A stretch of 64,000 nucleotides of DNA from Candidatus Dormiibacterota bacterium. GTDB lineage: Bacteria; Chloroflexota; Dormibacteria; Aeolococcales; Aeolococcaceae. The notes below the pieces were generated by a model. It searched no databases. It worked only from the letters and a program-made list of their open reading frames with translations, and had not been told where the DNA came from. The position numbers and the translations under genes were made by a program. The stretch spans positions 32,001 through 96,000 of the forward strand of contig CAVPXI010000007.1 in the NCBI GenBank assembly GCA_963709585.1. Direction: 5' to 3'. Each line of letters begins with the position of its first letter. The first letter of the stretch is position 1. Positions 9,165 to 19,209 of the stretch are shown one piece after another.

Positions 9165-10691
9165 GTGGAACTTGCTGAGGATGCACACCTAGGTTCAAAG
9201 CTGTCGCCGGACACGAGCTGGGCTCCGCCGGCGGACCTCGAATTGGTCGGGGAGGCGCAGAGCAGGCGCCTGGGAGCCGCCCCATCGGCTCCCGCCGAAC
9301 ATATCTCGCGACAGAGCAACTGGCCGATGGTGCTCGCCATCGCCACGTTCGCGGTCGATGTGATAGCGGTCATCGCCGGGTACGACCTCGCGAGGGCCAT
9401 TCTCGACACGACTACGACTCAGATCTTCCGTCCGTTCGTCTTCGCGACGGTTGCGATCTGGCCCGTTGTCTTTGCGATCTACGGCCTGTACGACCTCCGC
9501 CGGCCGACGCACATTGCCGCCGAGCTTCGACAACTCTTCAACGCGGTCGTGATGTCCGTGCTCCTCGTGGTGCTGGTGACCTTTGCGGCTCAAACCGAGC
9601 CTCGCCGCTCTTTCATCCCGGTCCTCCTGGTGACATGCCTTCTGACAGTCACAGCCGGGAGAATCTCCATCCGGCGGCTCACTCACGGCCTGAACAGTCG
9701 CGCGATCACGAGCCAGGTGACGCTGATCGCCGGGACGAACGACGAGGCGCGAGCACTGGCTCGGACGCTGCAGCGACGCCCGTGGATGGGCTACCACGTC
9801 TGTGGCTTCGTCGAAGTGACCGGGTCCGGCCTGGCCGTCATGGACGGGATCCCTGTTCTGGGTACCGTGGAGGACATCACCGAGATCACCGAGACGCATA
9901 AGGTCGGCGCCGTGATCATCGCGGGGAGCGCGGTCGGCGGCGCCACTCTTCAACTCATCGATTCGGCTCTCTCCGCGGATGTGAGCGTTCGCGTTTCGCC
10001 CGGACTTCCCAACCTCGGTGCGGCGAGAGTCATTCTCGAGCCGCTCGACGGCATGGCGCTTTTCTCCCTTCGGCGGCACCGGTTCTCGCGTCGTCAGCGA
10101 GTCCAGAAACGGTGCCTCGATCTCGTCGTGACCTCACTTGCGCTCGTCGTCGGCGCCCCGCTGATGCTCGGCATCGCCGTGATGGTTCGACTGAGCAGTC
10201 CCGGTCCGATTCTGTTCCGGCAGAAGAGGGTCGGCGAACAGGAACGGGGCTTCACGATGTTCAAGTTCCGGACCATGGTCAGAAACGCAGACTCGCAACG
10301 CGATGAACTCGCGGAAAAGAACGAGGCCGACGGTCTGCTGTTCAAGATGCGCAATGATCCGCGGGTGACCAAGGTGGGACGCGTTCTGCGTCGCACCTCG
10401 ATGGACGAACTGCCGCAGCTGTTCAATGTTCTGCGCGGCGAGATGAGCCTCGTCGGCCCAAGGCCTGCTCTGCCCGAGGAGACCACGCGTTACGCCGAGC
10501 TGCAACGTGGACGGTTGCGCGTCAAGCCGGGTGTGACCGGGCTCTGGCAGGTGAATGGCCGCCACGATCTCGCGTTCGAGGACTACGTGCGTTACGACCT
10601 CTTCTACGTCGAGAACTGGTCGCTGACGATGGACCTCTACATCCTCGCCAAGACGATTCCTGCGTTGCTCACCGCTCGCGGCTCGTACTGA
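9165..10691 (+). CDS. Priming polyprenyl-phosphate glycosylphosphotransferase (WcaJ/CpsE family)
   Basis: KRCLDL, FKFRTM, DPRVT, SMDELPQLFNVLRGEMSLVGPRP and KPGVTGLWQV motifs; start position approximate. Confidence 0.92.
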   Translation: MELAEDAHLGSKLSPDTSWAPPADLELVGEAQSRRLGAAPSAPAEHISRQSNWPMVLAIATFAVDVIAVIAGYDLARAILDTTTTQIFRPFVFATVAIWPVVFAIYGLYDLRRPTHIAAELRQLFNAVVMSVLLVVLVTFAAQTEPRRSFIPVLLVTCLLTVTAGRISIRRLTHGLNSRAITSQVTLIAGTNDEARALARTLQRRPWMGYHVCGFVEVTGSGLAVMDGIPVLGTVEDITEITETHKVGAVIIAGSAVGGATLQLIDSALSADVSVRVSPGLPNLGAARVILEPLDGMALFSLRRHRFSRRQRVQKRCLDLVVTSLALVVGAPLMLGIAVMVRLSSPGPILFRQKRVGEQERGFTMFKFRTMVRNADSQRDELAEKNEADGLLFKMRNDPRVTKVGRVLRRTSMDELPQLFNVLRGEMSLVGPRPALPEETTRYAELQRGRLRVKPGVTGLWQVNGRHDLAFEDYVRYDLFYVENWSLTMDLYILAKTIPALLTARGSY

Positions 10692-10731
10692 TCCGCGCCC
10701 CCGAGCAGGGGATTCCGGCCACTCGCCCGAT

Positions 10732-11094
10732 GTGAATACGATCCACCTCGACCCCGAGGGCCTCGAAGAGGCAGCGAACCCGGACCCGCCGCCAGTGCTG
10801 GTTGGGAAGCGGACCGGCCCTTTCAAGATCGCCGGGTTCGTTCTCCTCTTTCTGGTTCTTTCGCTCCTTGCAGTCGCGGTCTTCCTGGGTATCACCATCG
10901 GCGTCACGATCCTTGTGACGTTGCTCCTGCCGAAGGCCGGCCTTCTCAACCTGATCGCCCCGGTCGTCGGTGTCGGCGTGGCCGGCCTGTGCTTCGGCGC
11001 CGCCTCGCGGTTCCGCAAGGGGATGTTCAAGAACCGCTACGGCCTGTTCCACCGCCCACCGCGAGATCCGGGAAAGCGGCCGGCCGGGCGCTAG
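10732..11094 (+). CDS. Small hypothetical membrane protein
   Basis: Two to three hydrophobic segments; followed by a strong hairpin. Confidence 0.55.
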   Translation: MNTIHLDPEGLEEAANPDPPPVLVGKRTGPFKIAGFVLLFLVLSLLAVAVFLGITIGVTILVTLLLPKAGLLNLIAPVVGVGVAGLCFGAASRFRKGMFKNRYGLFHRPPRDPGKRPAGR

Positions 11095-11108
11095 CAATCT
11101 CCACCCAG

Positions 11109-11149
11109 GACGGCAGCGGCGCGGCCCCGGAGGGCCGCGCGCCGCCGTC
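11109..11149. terminator. GC-rich hairpin between convergent genes
   Basis: GACGGCAGCGGCGCGGCCC-CGGA-GGGCCGCGCGCCGCCGTC imperfect inverted repeat. Confidence 0.55.
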
Positions 11150-11163
11150 ACCGGTTACCGCCA

Positions 11164-11790
11164 TCAGACGGGCAATACGGTCCTCTTGAAGTTGGCATTC
11201 GTGACAAACGCGAACGAGCAATAGATCGCCGCGACCGCTGTGAGCAGGGCAAGGATGCCGGAGATCTGGTTCCAGCCCGCGCTCGGCAGGCTCTTGCCCC
11301 AGAAGGCAATCGCCAGCGTGATGAACGTGAGAGCGAGAAGGAAGAACACCAGCGACACCCCACGCGAAGCCCCACCCAGCGAGGCGACGAACATGTAGGC
11401 CGTGAAGATGCCCCATGCAAGTGCATACAGGCCGAGGATGGGAGTCGGGTCCTTGGGAAGACCCGGCGCGAACGTTGTGTTGATCAGCACGAAGCTGATC
11501 CAGAACAACCCGTAACTCGTGAATGCGGTTGCCCCGAATGTGTTACCGACCTTGAACTCCCACATGCCGGCCAGGATCTGTCCGACCCCACCGAAAGCGA
11601 TGGCCATTGCCAGGACAACGACCGCCGAGCCGGCAGTCGGTCCCGGAGCCGCGGTGATGAAGCCCGCGTTGATGGCCCCGAGCAAGAGCGTCGTCATGCC
11701 GAATCCGATCAGCCCGAGAGGAGCTGGGTTTGCGACCGGTGCCACCGTCTCAGCAATCCCTGAGGAGACGGGTGAAGCTGCGGTTGCCAT
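11164..11790 (-). CDS. satP: Acetate uptake transporter (SatP/GPR1/FUN34/YaaH family)
   Basis: Signature ANPAPLGLIGFGMTT and GNTFGATAFTSYGLFW; lies downstream of acs. Confidence 0.9.
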   Translation of the reverse strand: MATAASPVSSGIAETVAPVANPAPLGLIGFGMTTLLLGAINAGFITAAPGPTAGSAVVVLAMAIAFGGVGQILAGMWEFKVGNTFGATAFTSYGLFWISFVLINTTFAPGLPKDPTPILGLYALAWGIFTAYMFVASLGGASRGVSLVFFLLALTFITLAIAFWGKSLPSAGWNQISGILALLTAVAAIYCSFAFVTNANFKRTVLPV

Positions 11791-11873
11791 AGGTTTGTAG
11801 CCCTCCAATGAGTCCGGAGCGAGTCGCACTCCGGCGCGTGTTCGAAATCGAACTGTCCCCCATCGCGACGGAT

Positions 11874-12446
11874 CTACTGTTCTTTGGCTTCCTCCTCCGT
11901 GGCGCGGCGCTGGAGATCCGCGACGATGCTCGAATCTGCGAGCGTCGTGGTATCGCCGAGCTTGCGGTTCTCGGCGATGTCGCGGAGCAGGCGGCGCATG
12001 ATCTTTCCGCTTCTGGTTTTGGGCAGATCTGGCGTGAACGCGATCCATTTCGGCTTTGCGATCGGTCCGATCAACTTTGCGACGTGGTCGCGCAACTCGG
12101 CGATCAGCTCGGTCGATTCCTCGAAGCCGGATTGCACCGTCACGAAGGCCGAGATCGCCTGTCCGGTTTCGGGATCGCTCTTGGCCACCACTGCGGCTTC
12201 GGCAACCGCCGGGTGATCGACCAGGGCGGACTCGACCTCGGCGGTGGAGATGCGGTGCCCGGCGACGTTCATGACGTCATCGACGTACTTCCTCGCCTGC
12301 TCCGCCCAGAAGCCTTCGTTGTCAGCCTCGGCGGCCTCGAAGAGACTCTGGTCGGTGACCCTCGCCCTGGACAGGAACTCCGCGCTCGGTGCGAACGTGC
12401 GCCGCTCGTCGAGCAAGGTGTCGATGGTCTTGGCCCGCTCGCTCAT
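11874..12446 (-). pseudogene. acs: Acetyl-CoA synthetase with a large in-frame internal deletion
   Basis: ACS N-terminus (FWAEQA) fused directly to the C-terminal domain ([31 protein letters not shown]); adenylation core absent. Confidence 0.85.
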
Positions 12447-12697
12447 CGCGACCTCCTGGAGGGCGTCTGACGAAATTGGTTGCCGCGCATTAATTGCACT
12501 AGTGCGGCAGCTTAGGCAAGCACTTCCGGTTCCTCAGCGTCGACTGACTTGACTCCGCTGCGTCCCGCCCGCTGGTTGGCCGGCCGACCCAAGGCACACG
12601 CATAACCCCGCCCTTGGGGCCGCTGGTCACGGCTCTCACAGCGGACTCTGAGCTTCCGCCCAGATCGCCATGAGCCGTCCACGGCACCGTGAAGACC

Positions 12698-14761
12698 ATG
12701 GCTTCGCGTCCGTTTTTCGACGAGCCGCCGCCGGCGATGCCGCCTGCTCTCCCCGCGCCGCCACGGACCCGGAGCGGAGTCGGCGTCGCAGCGGCACCAA
12801 CCCGGTGGGTCAGGCTGCTGGTACGCGGCCGTGAGGACGATGCGGCCTGGGTTCGACCGTCGCTGATCGGGCTGCTCGGCATCGCCGCCCTCCTCTACCT
12901 CTGGGACCTCGGTGCGTCGGGCTGGGCGAACGCCTTCTACTCGGCCGCGGTCCAGGCCGGGTCGACGAGCTGGAAGGCGTTCTTCTTCGGGTCCTTCGAC
13001 GCGCCGAACTTCATCACCGTGGACAAGTCGCCGGCCGCGTTGTGGGTGATGGACCTGTCGGCGCGCGTTTTCGGCGTCAACGCCTGGAGCATCCTCGTCC
13101 CCCAGGCGCTCGAGGGTGTGGCCACCGTCGGCTTCACCTATCTGATCGTCCGGCGGTGGTTCCCGCCCGCAGCGGCTCTGATCGCCGGGGCGACCGTGGC
13201 GCTCACGCCCGTGGCGGCGCTCATGTTCCGCTTCGACAATCCCGACGCGCTGCTCGTGCTCCTGCTCACCATCGCCACATTCGCGACGGTGCGCGCGATC
13301 GAGGCCGGCAAGACCAGGTGGCTCGTGCTCGCGGCGACCCTGGTGGGCTTCGCCTTCCTGACCAAGATGCTGCAAGCGTTTCTCGTGGTCCCGGCGTTTG
13401 GCCTCGTGTACCTGATGGCGGCGCCGGTGTCGCTGCGACGGCGGATGACCCAGCTCGTTGTGGCGACGGCGGTTATGGTCGCCGCGTCGGGGTGGTGGGT
13501 CGCGATCGTGCAGCTCACGCCCGCAGCCGACCGTCCGTACATCGGCGGATCGCAGAACAACAGCCTTCTCAACCTGATCTTCGGCTACAACGGGTTCGGC
13601 AGGTTGACCGGGAACGAGACGGGCAGCGTGGGGACCACGGGTGCCGCCGGATCGATGTGGGGACCGACCGGCCTCGGCCGGCTCTTCAACGCGAGCTTCG
13701 GCGGCCAGGTCTCCTGGCTTCTTCCGGCCGCGCTCGTCCTGCTGGTCGCGGGGCTCGGACTCACGCTGACGCGAGCGCGCACGGATCGCACCCGCGCTGC
13801 ATTCCTGCTCTGGGGCGGTTCGCTGGTTGTGACCGCGCTCGTCTTCAGCCTGGCGGCCGGGATCATCCATCCCTACTACACCGTGGCCCTGGCTCCTTCG
13901 ATCGGGGCCCTGGTCGGCATGGGCAGCGTGCTGCTCTGGCGGCAACGATCACGAACATGGGCACGCCTCGTGCTCGCCGCCGCCGTCGGCGGCACCAGCG
14001 TGTGGTCGGCGCTGCTGCTGGAACGCAGCCCCGAGTTCGCCTCCGGGCTCGGCGCTGCTGTCGCGATCGTCGGCATCGGCGCGGCGATCGCGATCGTGGG
14101 CATGCCGCTCCTCCACCGGGCGGCGGTCGCAGCCGTGGTCGCCGTCGGGCTTGTGGCGGCGTTCGCCGGACCGACCGCCTACACCATCGACACCGTGCTG
14201 ACGACTCACTCCGGCGCCATCCCGTCGGCCGGTCCGGCGGTCACGGCCTCAGCCTCAGGCGGTGGTCCCGGCGGTTTCCCGGGCGGCTTCGGCGGCGGGG
14301 GCAGGCGTGGATTCCCCGGCGGCTTCGGAGGAGGTGGCTTCGGGGGCCGCGGAGGCATCCCGGGCGGCTTCGGCGGCGGTGGTCTCGGTCGAGGCGGCGG
14401 GTCGTTTCTCAACGCGGGTACACCGGGAGCCGCGCTGGTCGCACTGCTCGAAACCAACGCCGGCCAGTACACCTGGGTTGGTGCCACTATCGACGCTAAC
14501 TCGGCGGCAGGCTACCAGCTCGCCACCGACCTACCGATCATGGCGATCGGCGGATTCAACGGGACCGATCCGGCACCGACACTCGCTCAGTTCGAGCAGT
14601 ACGTCGCGCAGGGTCGCATCCACTACGTCCTCGCATCGGGCGGCAGACCAGGAGGCGGAAGCGGTACATCGGGGGCGATCGCCCAGTGGGTCGAGCAACA
14701 CTTCGCGTCGACGACCGTCGACGGCGTGGCCGTATACGACCTCACCCAGCCCGCGGGTTGA
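12698..14761 (+). CDS. GT39/PMT_2 (ArnT-like) membrane glycosyltransferase with Gly-rich insert
   Basis: WANAFYSAAV, FITVDKSP, DNPDALL and RPYIGGS motifs; GGFPGGFGG repeats at about 14255-14400. Confidence 0.85.
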   Translation: MASRPFFDEPPPAMPPALPAPPRTRSGVGVAAAPTRWVRLLVRGREDDAAWVRPSLIGLLGIAALLYLWDLGASGWANAFYSAAVQAGSTSWKAFFFGSFDAPNFITVDKSPAALWVMDLSARVFGVNAWSILVPQALEGVATVGFTYLIVRRWFPPAAALIAGATVALTPVAALMFRFDNPDALLVLLLTIATFATVRAIEAGKTRWLVLAATLVGFAFLTKMLQAFLVVPAFGLVYLMAAPVSLRRRMTQLVVATAVMVAASGWWVAIVQLTPAADRPYIGGSQNNSLLNLIFGYNGFGRLTGNETGSVGTTGAAGSMWGPTGLGRLFNASFGGQVSWLLPAALVLLVAGLGLTLTRARTDRTRAAFLLWGGSLVVTALVFSLAAGIIHPYYTVALAPSIGALVGMGSVLLWRQRSRTWARLVLAAAVGGTSVWSALLLERSPEFASGLGAAVAIVGIGAAIAIVGMPLLHRAAVAAVVAVGLVAAFAGPTAYTIDTVLTTHSGAIPSAGPAVTASASGGGPGGFPGGFGGGGRRGFPGGFGGGGFGGRGGIPGGFGGGGLGRGGGSFLNAGTPGAALVALLETNAGQYTWVGATIDANSAAGYQLATDLPIMAIGGFNGTDPAPTLAQFEQYVAQGRIHYVLASGGRPGGGSGTSGAIAQWVEQHFASTTVDGVAVYDLTQPAG

Positions 14762-14764
14762 TCG

Positions 14765-15817
14765 CTACCGGCTCGACCACGCAGCGGCCGACGTCGCGTC
14801 CAGGTCGACGCTGGCGTCGGTGACGCGACGCGTCGCGCCCGGGTGAGCGCCGCCCGCATGGGCGATGTACCAGAGCCCGAAGGTTCCGTCCGGGTCCGCG
14901 GCATTCATATAGAGAAGGTTGTCGCCCGATGGGGACCATGACGGCGAGTTGCACAGACAGTTGGCGGCCAGCACGCGCGCCGGACCGAGCGAATTCCCCT
15001 CGAGGGTCGCGATCTCGAGATCCGCACTCTGTCCCGTATGGGTGCACACCATCGCCACGGTCACGCCGTCCGGCGCGACCGCCGGCGCGCCACAGTCCTG
15101 CTGTGGGGTGGTGAGCGTTCGCATCGCGCTGGTCGGGCTCGTCTGCAGGCCGAGCACGGTCACCACCGTCCCCTTCCCGGTGTTCGCGTAGCTCGAATAG
15201 AGCACGCTCCCGTCCGGCAGCGGCACCGGCGCGATGTCACCGCCGGTGTAAAGGTCGGGCACCGACCAGCGGGTTCCGGCGCTCACTCCAGTGATACCGA
15301 TGCTGAACGCCGCGCTGAGCGGTGCGGACCAGAGCGAGAAGTCCACCTCATAGCTCTGGTTGGGCGCCGGCTTGGGCGCGTCGGTTGCGAAGTACACGTC
15401 GCTCCCGTTGGGGCTGATCGACGGCCAAAGAATCCAATGGTCGAGAGACAGCGTCCCGTTAGTCGTCGACTGATCGTCGGACGTCATCCGGGTGAGGACC
15501 CGTCCCGAAGCCGCCACGTGATACAGGTCGGAGTACGCATCGAACCTGCGGATGACCAGCAGCGAACCGTCCGCCAGGACGCGCGGTTGTGTCCAGTCGC
15601 CACCCGACGGCAGCGCGAGCCGGCGGACGCTCGAACCGGAGATCGCATAGATCGAGCCCTCCTGGCTCACGTAGATCGTGCCTTGCAGCTGCACCTGCGG
15701 GCTGGTCGTGTTGATGAGCGCGGCGGCGGTCGTGTGTGTCTGCAGCATCGCCAGGGCCCGGTTCGCGGAAAGTCCGCTGGCGATCATCAGCACGATGACG
15801 AGGGAGGTACGCCTCAT
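14765..15817 (-). CDS. Secreted TolB-like/PD40 beta-propeller protein
   Basis: Signal peptide; repeats PSISPNG, PAVAPDG and PSWSPSG. Confidence 0.7.
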   Translation of the reverse strand: MRRTSLVIVLMIASGLSANRALAMLQTHTTAAALINTTSPQVQLQGTIYVSQEGSIYAISGSSVRRLALPSGGDWTQPRVLADGSLLVIRRFDAYSDLYHVAASGRVLTRMTSDDQSTTNGTLSLDHWILWPSISPNGSDVYFATDAPKPAPNQSYEVDFSLWSAPLSAAFSIGITGVSAGTRWSVPDLYTGGDIAPVPLPDGSVLYSSYANTGKGTVVTVLGLQTSPTSAMRTLTTPQQDCGAPAVAPDGVTVAMVCTHTGQSADLEIATLEGNSLGPARVLAANCLCNSPSWSPSGDNLLYMNAADPDGTFGLWYIAHAGGAHPGATRRVTDASVDLDATSAAAWSSR

Positions 15818-15818
15818 C

Positions 15819-16856
15819 TCACGCCGCCGCCGGGAAGTATGCCGCGACCTCCGGCCTGATCAACGACCAGTCGGGCATCAGCGCATCCTGCCCACCCACG
15901 CGCACGCTGCTCGTGTACGGAGGCAGCAACACCACCTGCGTGATCGACGCGAGCGGCACCGACCCCGCAATCGGGAGCAGCCCGCTCACCTGGCCGATGC
16001 CCATGTCCGTCTGGAAGTTCGACCCGAGCGACGTCGCCAGGTTCGGAATGTCCGCGAATGAGATGTGCTTGGTCTTGGCGCGCAGCGCGATCAGGATCTG
16101 TTGCTGACGCTGCGACCGCGCAAAGTCGCCGTACGCATCATCGTGGCGCGCGCGCACGTACTCGAGTGCGAGCGAGCCGCTCATGTGCTGCGCACCCGGA
16201 AGCACGAGGATTCGCTGGTAGTCGAAGGGATTGCCGCCCGAGAGGTCCGCCGGGTAGTAGTCGTCCATCACCGGGTTGTTGGCGATCACGTTGACCCCGC
16301 CGAGGTCGTTCAGAACCGACACCAGCCCCTGCAGCCCGATCCACGCGTAGTAGTCGATGTGGACCCTGAGGTCGCGCTCCACGGTCTGGATCGCGCACTG
16401 GGCGCCGCCATGCAGGAATGCCTGGTCGATCTTGCCGTTGCTGCCGGTGCAGAGGCGGACCCAGAGATCGCGCGGAATCGAGAGCATGGTCACGTGCCTG
16501 GTCGACGGGTCGACCCGGGTGAGAATCATCGACTGGGTCAGGTAGTCGCCCTTGAACTTCGAATCGCTGTCGGAGCCGAGGAGGAGGAGCGTGAACGGCG
16601 ACTTCGACGAAAGGTTCTCGCTCGCCGCCACCGGCTTTAGCTGCGCGGTGCCGCCCAGCGAGGTGTTGACCTGGCCGGTGTCGCGGAGCGCGACCTGGAT
16701 CGCGGGCATGAAATACAGCGCGACGCCGGTGATGATCGAGACCACGAAGCCGGCCGCGACAAAGGATCCCCTGGTCACGCGCCGCCGGCCCGACTTCAGT
16801 GACGCGCGACGCCGGCGCACGGAGCGACGCCCTGAAAGATCGTACGAACGAGACAA
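15819..16856 (-). CDS. LCP (LytR-CpsA-Psr) family glycopolymer transferase
   Basis: TM anchor, LLLGSD, LSIPRDL, YVRARH and DFARSQRQQ. Confidence 0.92.
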   Translation of the reverse strand: MSRSYDLSGRRSVRRRRASLKSGRRRVTRGSFVAAGFVVSIITGVALYFMPAIQVALRDTGQVNTSLGGTAQLKPVAASENLSSKSPFTLLLLGSDSDSKFKGDYLTQSMILTRVDPSTRHVTMLSIPRDLWVRLCTGSNGKIDQAFLHGGAQCAIQTVERDLRVHIDYYAWIGLQGLVSVLNDLGGVNVIANNPVMDDYYPADLSGGNPFDYQRILVLPGAQHMSGSLALEYVRARHDDAYGDFARSQRQQQILIALRAKTKHISFADIPNLATSLGSNFQTDMGIGQVSGLLPIAGSVPLASITQVVLLPPYTSSVRVGGQDALMPDWSLIRPEVAAYFPAAA

Positions 16857-16980
16857 CCTCGAACCTCAGGTGAGACGTTGAGTGGAACGGCGAGTTCAAG
16901 GACGGGCTGCGACGGTGCGCGCCGCGGCCGTCAGATGGTACCCCGAGGTCGGCTCTCGCGCCTGTACGCTCTCCGCGGAG

Positions 16981-17613
16981 ATGAGCAAGGCACGCCTCGA
17001 GGCCTTCAGTGACGGCATCATGGCCGTGGCGATCACCCTGCTCGCGCTCGACCTCACCGTCCCCGAACCGGGACGGGCCGCGCTGTTGACCCAGCTCGGC
17101 GACCACTGGCCGCAGTTCGCTGCGTATGCGGTGAGCTTCTTCACCATCGGGATCATCTGGGTGAACCACCACGCACGGGTGAGCCAGATCGCCGTGGTCG
17201 ACAGGACGCTGCTGTTTCTCAACCTCCTGCTGCTCATGTTCGTCGTGCTCATCCCGTTTGCGACCGCGACGATGGCCACGTATCTCACCAGCGGCAAGGA
17301 GGATTCGCACATCGCGATGGCGGTCTACGCGGTTGTTCTCGAGGGCATGGCGCTGAGCTTCAGCGCCATGTTCGAGTGGTCGCTCGGCGAAGGCCGCACC
17401 CACGTCAGCGTTCCGATCGATCAGCGCCGCAACGCGCGAGTGCGCACCTCGATCGGAACCCTGGTGTACGCGATCGTCTTCGCCGTCGCATTCATCAGTG
17501 CGCCCGTGTCGCTGGGGCTCGCCGGCGCCACCGCGATCTACTACATCTTTGCCCCGGTGCCCCGGGTGAGCGCCGGTGCCCGGGTCGAGGAGCGGACGTC
17601 CGGTCCTTCGTGA
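16981..17613 (+). CDS. TMEM175 family potassium channel
   Basis: RLEAFSDGIMAVAITL and WVNHH motifs. Confidence 0.9.
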   Translation: MSKARLEAFSDGIMAVAITLLALDLTVPEPGRAALLTQLGDHWPQFAAYAVSFFTIGIIWVNHHARVSQIAVVDRTLLFLNLLLLMFVVLIPFATATMATYLTSGKEDSHIAMAVYAVVLEGMALSFSAMFEWSLGEGRTHVSVPIDQRRNARVRTSIGTLVYAIVFAVAFISAPVSLGLAGATAIYYIFAPVPRVSAGARVEERTSGPS

Positions 17614-17724
17614 ATCCGATCCTCGCGTCCGGGGTCTCAGGGATGTCACAGACTCGGCTCAGGCCACACTGAGCATCGAGCGTCATGCTCTGGAGCGTCA
17701 CCCAATCGAAAACCTCGGAGCCGG

Positions 17725-19038
17725 ATGATGACCAACGAGATGCACGACTTCCTTCCCCCCGATCCGCCACCGCCCCCGGCCGATCCGGCCGGCGCTGCCT
17801 ACGGTCCCTGGTCATCCGACCCCCAGTGGGGGCCGCCCAACTGGCCGCCGGCGCCACAGCGCGGCCGGGGCAGCTCCGGATTTCGCCGCACCCCGCTCGC
17901 GGTCTTCGCGATCGCCTGCGTCGGCGCCGGCGGCGGCACCGCCTGGGCGCTCACCACCACGTCCGCCACCACCCCCTCGCCGACGCTCCCTGCGGGAGGC
18001 TCGACCGGCAGCGGCGCGGCTCCGAACAGCGGCGGCAGCGTTCCATCGACCGGCGGCACGCTCTCGGCGGCGACCATCGCCAAGCTCAACTCGTCGATCG
18101 TGGACATCACCGCCGACACGGCCTCCCCCGGGGGCCAGGTCGCGGGCACCGGCATGATCATCACCTCGAACGGCGAGGTCCTGACCAACAACCACGTGAT
18201 CGACGACACCGTGAACATCCGAGCCCAGATCGACGGGACCGGGCCCCAGTACCAGGTGAAGGTGATCGGCTACGACCTCAGTGACGACGTCGCGCTCGTC
18301 CAGCTCGTCGGGGCATCGAACCTCCCCACCATTTCGATCGGCAACTCGTCGGCGCTGTCGACCGGCGACCCGATCACGGTGCTCGGCAACGCCCTGGGCA
18401 AGGGTGGGACGCCTGCGGTGTCCAGCGGCACCGTCACACAGACCAGCACCACGATCACGGCGAGCGACAACGGCGGCAACAACGAGACCCTGACCGGCAT
18501 GATCCAGGTCAGCGCCTCGATCGAGCCCGGTGATTCGGGCGGCCCCGAGGTCAACGCCGCCGGACAGGTCATCGGCATGACGACCGCGGGCCAGACCTCC
18601 GGCAATTTCAACCAGCAGTCCGGCTCCACGATCGGGTTCGCGATCCCGGTCAACAAGGCGATGCAGATCGTTTCCGAGATCCGCGCCGGCGGCGGCGCCA
18701 ACATCCACATCGGCCTCGCTGCGCTGCTTGGCGTGGCGGTCGCCGACAGGCAGCCCGTGCCTGCACCCGACGGCAGCGGGACAGACTGCAGCGCCTCTCG
18801 GGCGACGACCGGTGCGTGGGTGAGTGGCGTCACGGGGAACCCGGCGGCCAGCGCGGGGGTGACCGCCTGCGTGCGTATCACCAGCATCGGCGGCACCACC
18901 ATCACGAACACGTCGAACCTGCACACCGCGATGGCGTCGTTCAGCGTCGGGCAGACCGTGACCCTCACCTGGGTGGACGCCTCGGCCGTGAGCCACAGCG
19001 CTTCGGTCACCCTCGGACAGGCCACCTTCCCGGACTGA
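17725..19038 (+). CDS. Membrane-anchored HtrA/S1C serine protease with PDZ-like domain
   Basis: LTNNHV, DVAL and PGDSGGP catalytic triad motifs; GFAIP. Confidence 0.9.
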   Translation: MMTNEMHDFLPPDPPPPPADPAGAAYGPWSSDPQWGPPNWPPAPQRGRGSSGFRRTPLAVFAIACVGAGGGTAWALTTTSATTPSPTLPAGGSTGSGAAPNSGGSVPSTGGTLSAATIAKLNSSIVDITADTASPGGQVAGTGMIITSNGEVLTNNHVIDDTVNIRAQIDGTGPQYQVKVIGYDLSDDVALVQLVGASNLPTISIGNSSALSTGDPITVLGNALGKGGTPAVSSGTVTQTSTTITASDNGGNNETLTGMIQVSASIEPGDSGGPEVNAAGQVIGMTTAGQTSGNFNQQSGSTIGFAIPVNKAMQIVSEIRAGGGANIHIGLAALLGVAVADRQPVPAPDGSGTDCSASRATTGAWVSGVTGNPAASAGVTACVRITSIGGTTITNTSNLHTAMASFSVGQTVTLTWVDASAVSHSASVTLGQATFPD

Positions 19039-19209
19039 TCTCGCGGGGGGCGCCCTGCGCCGTCCCACCGGGCCGTAACACCCGCGATTCCGGCGCGTCA
19101 TGACGCGTTTGCAGCGTCAGCGATATAACTCAGTGAGCCCCTGAGGGGGGCCGGCCCGAGCCGGCGACAGGCTCGCGCGGGAGATCGCGATGCACAGGAC
19201 ACACGACGT

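Noticed and set aside
12450-12690. AT-richer palindromes upstream of acs (GCACTAGTGC, GCATTAATTGC) as a riboswitch or ncRNA
   Set aside because: Probably promoter or operator sequence; I recognise no RNA family or regulator consensus.
14255-14400. GGC-rich repeats
   Set aside because: They encode the Gly-rich linker common in this GT39 subfamily.
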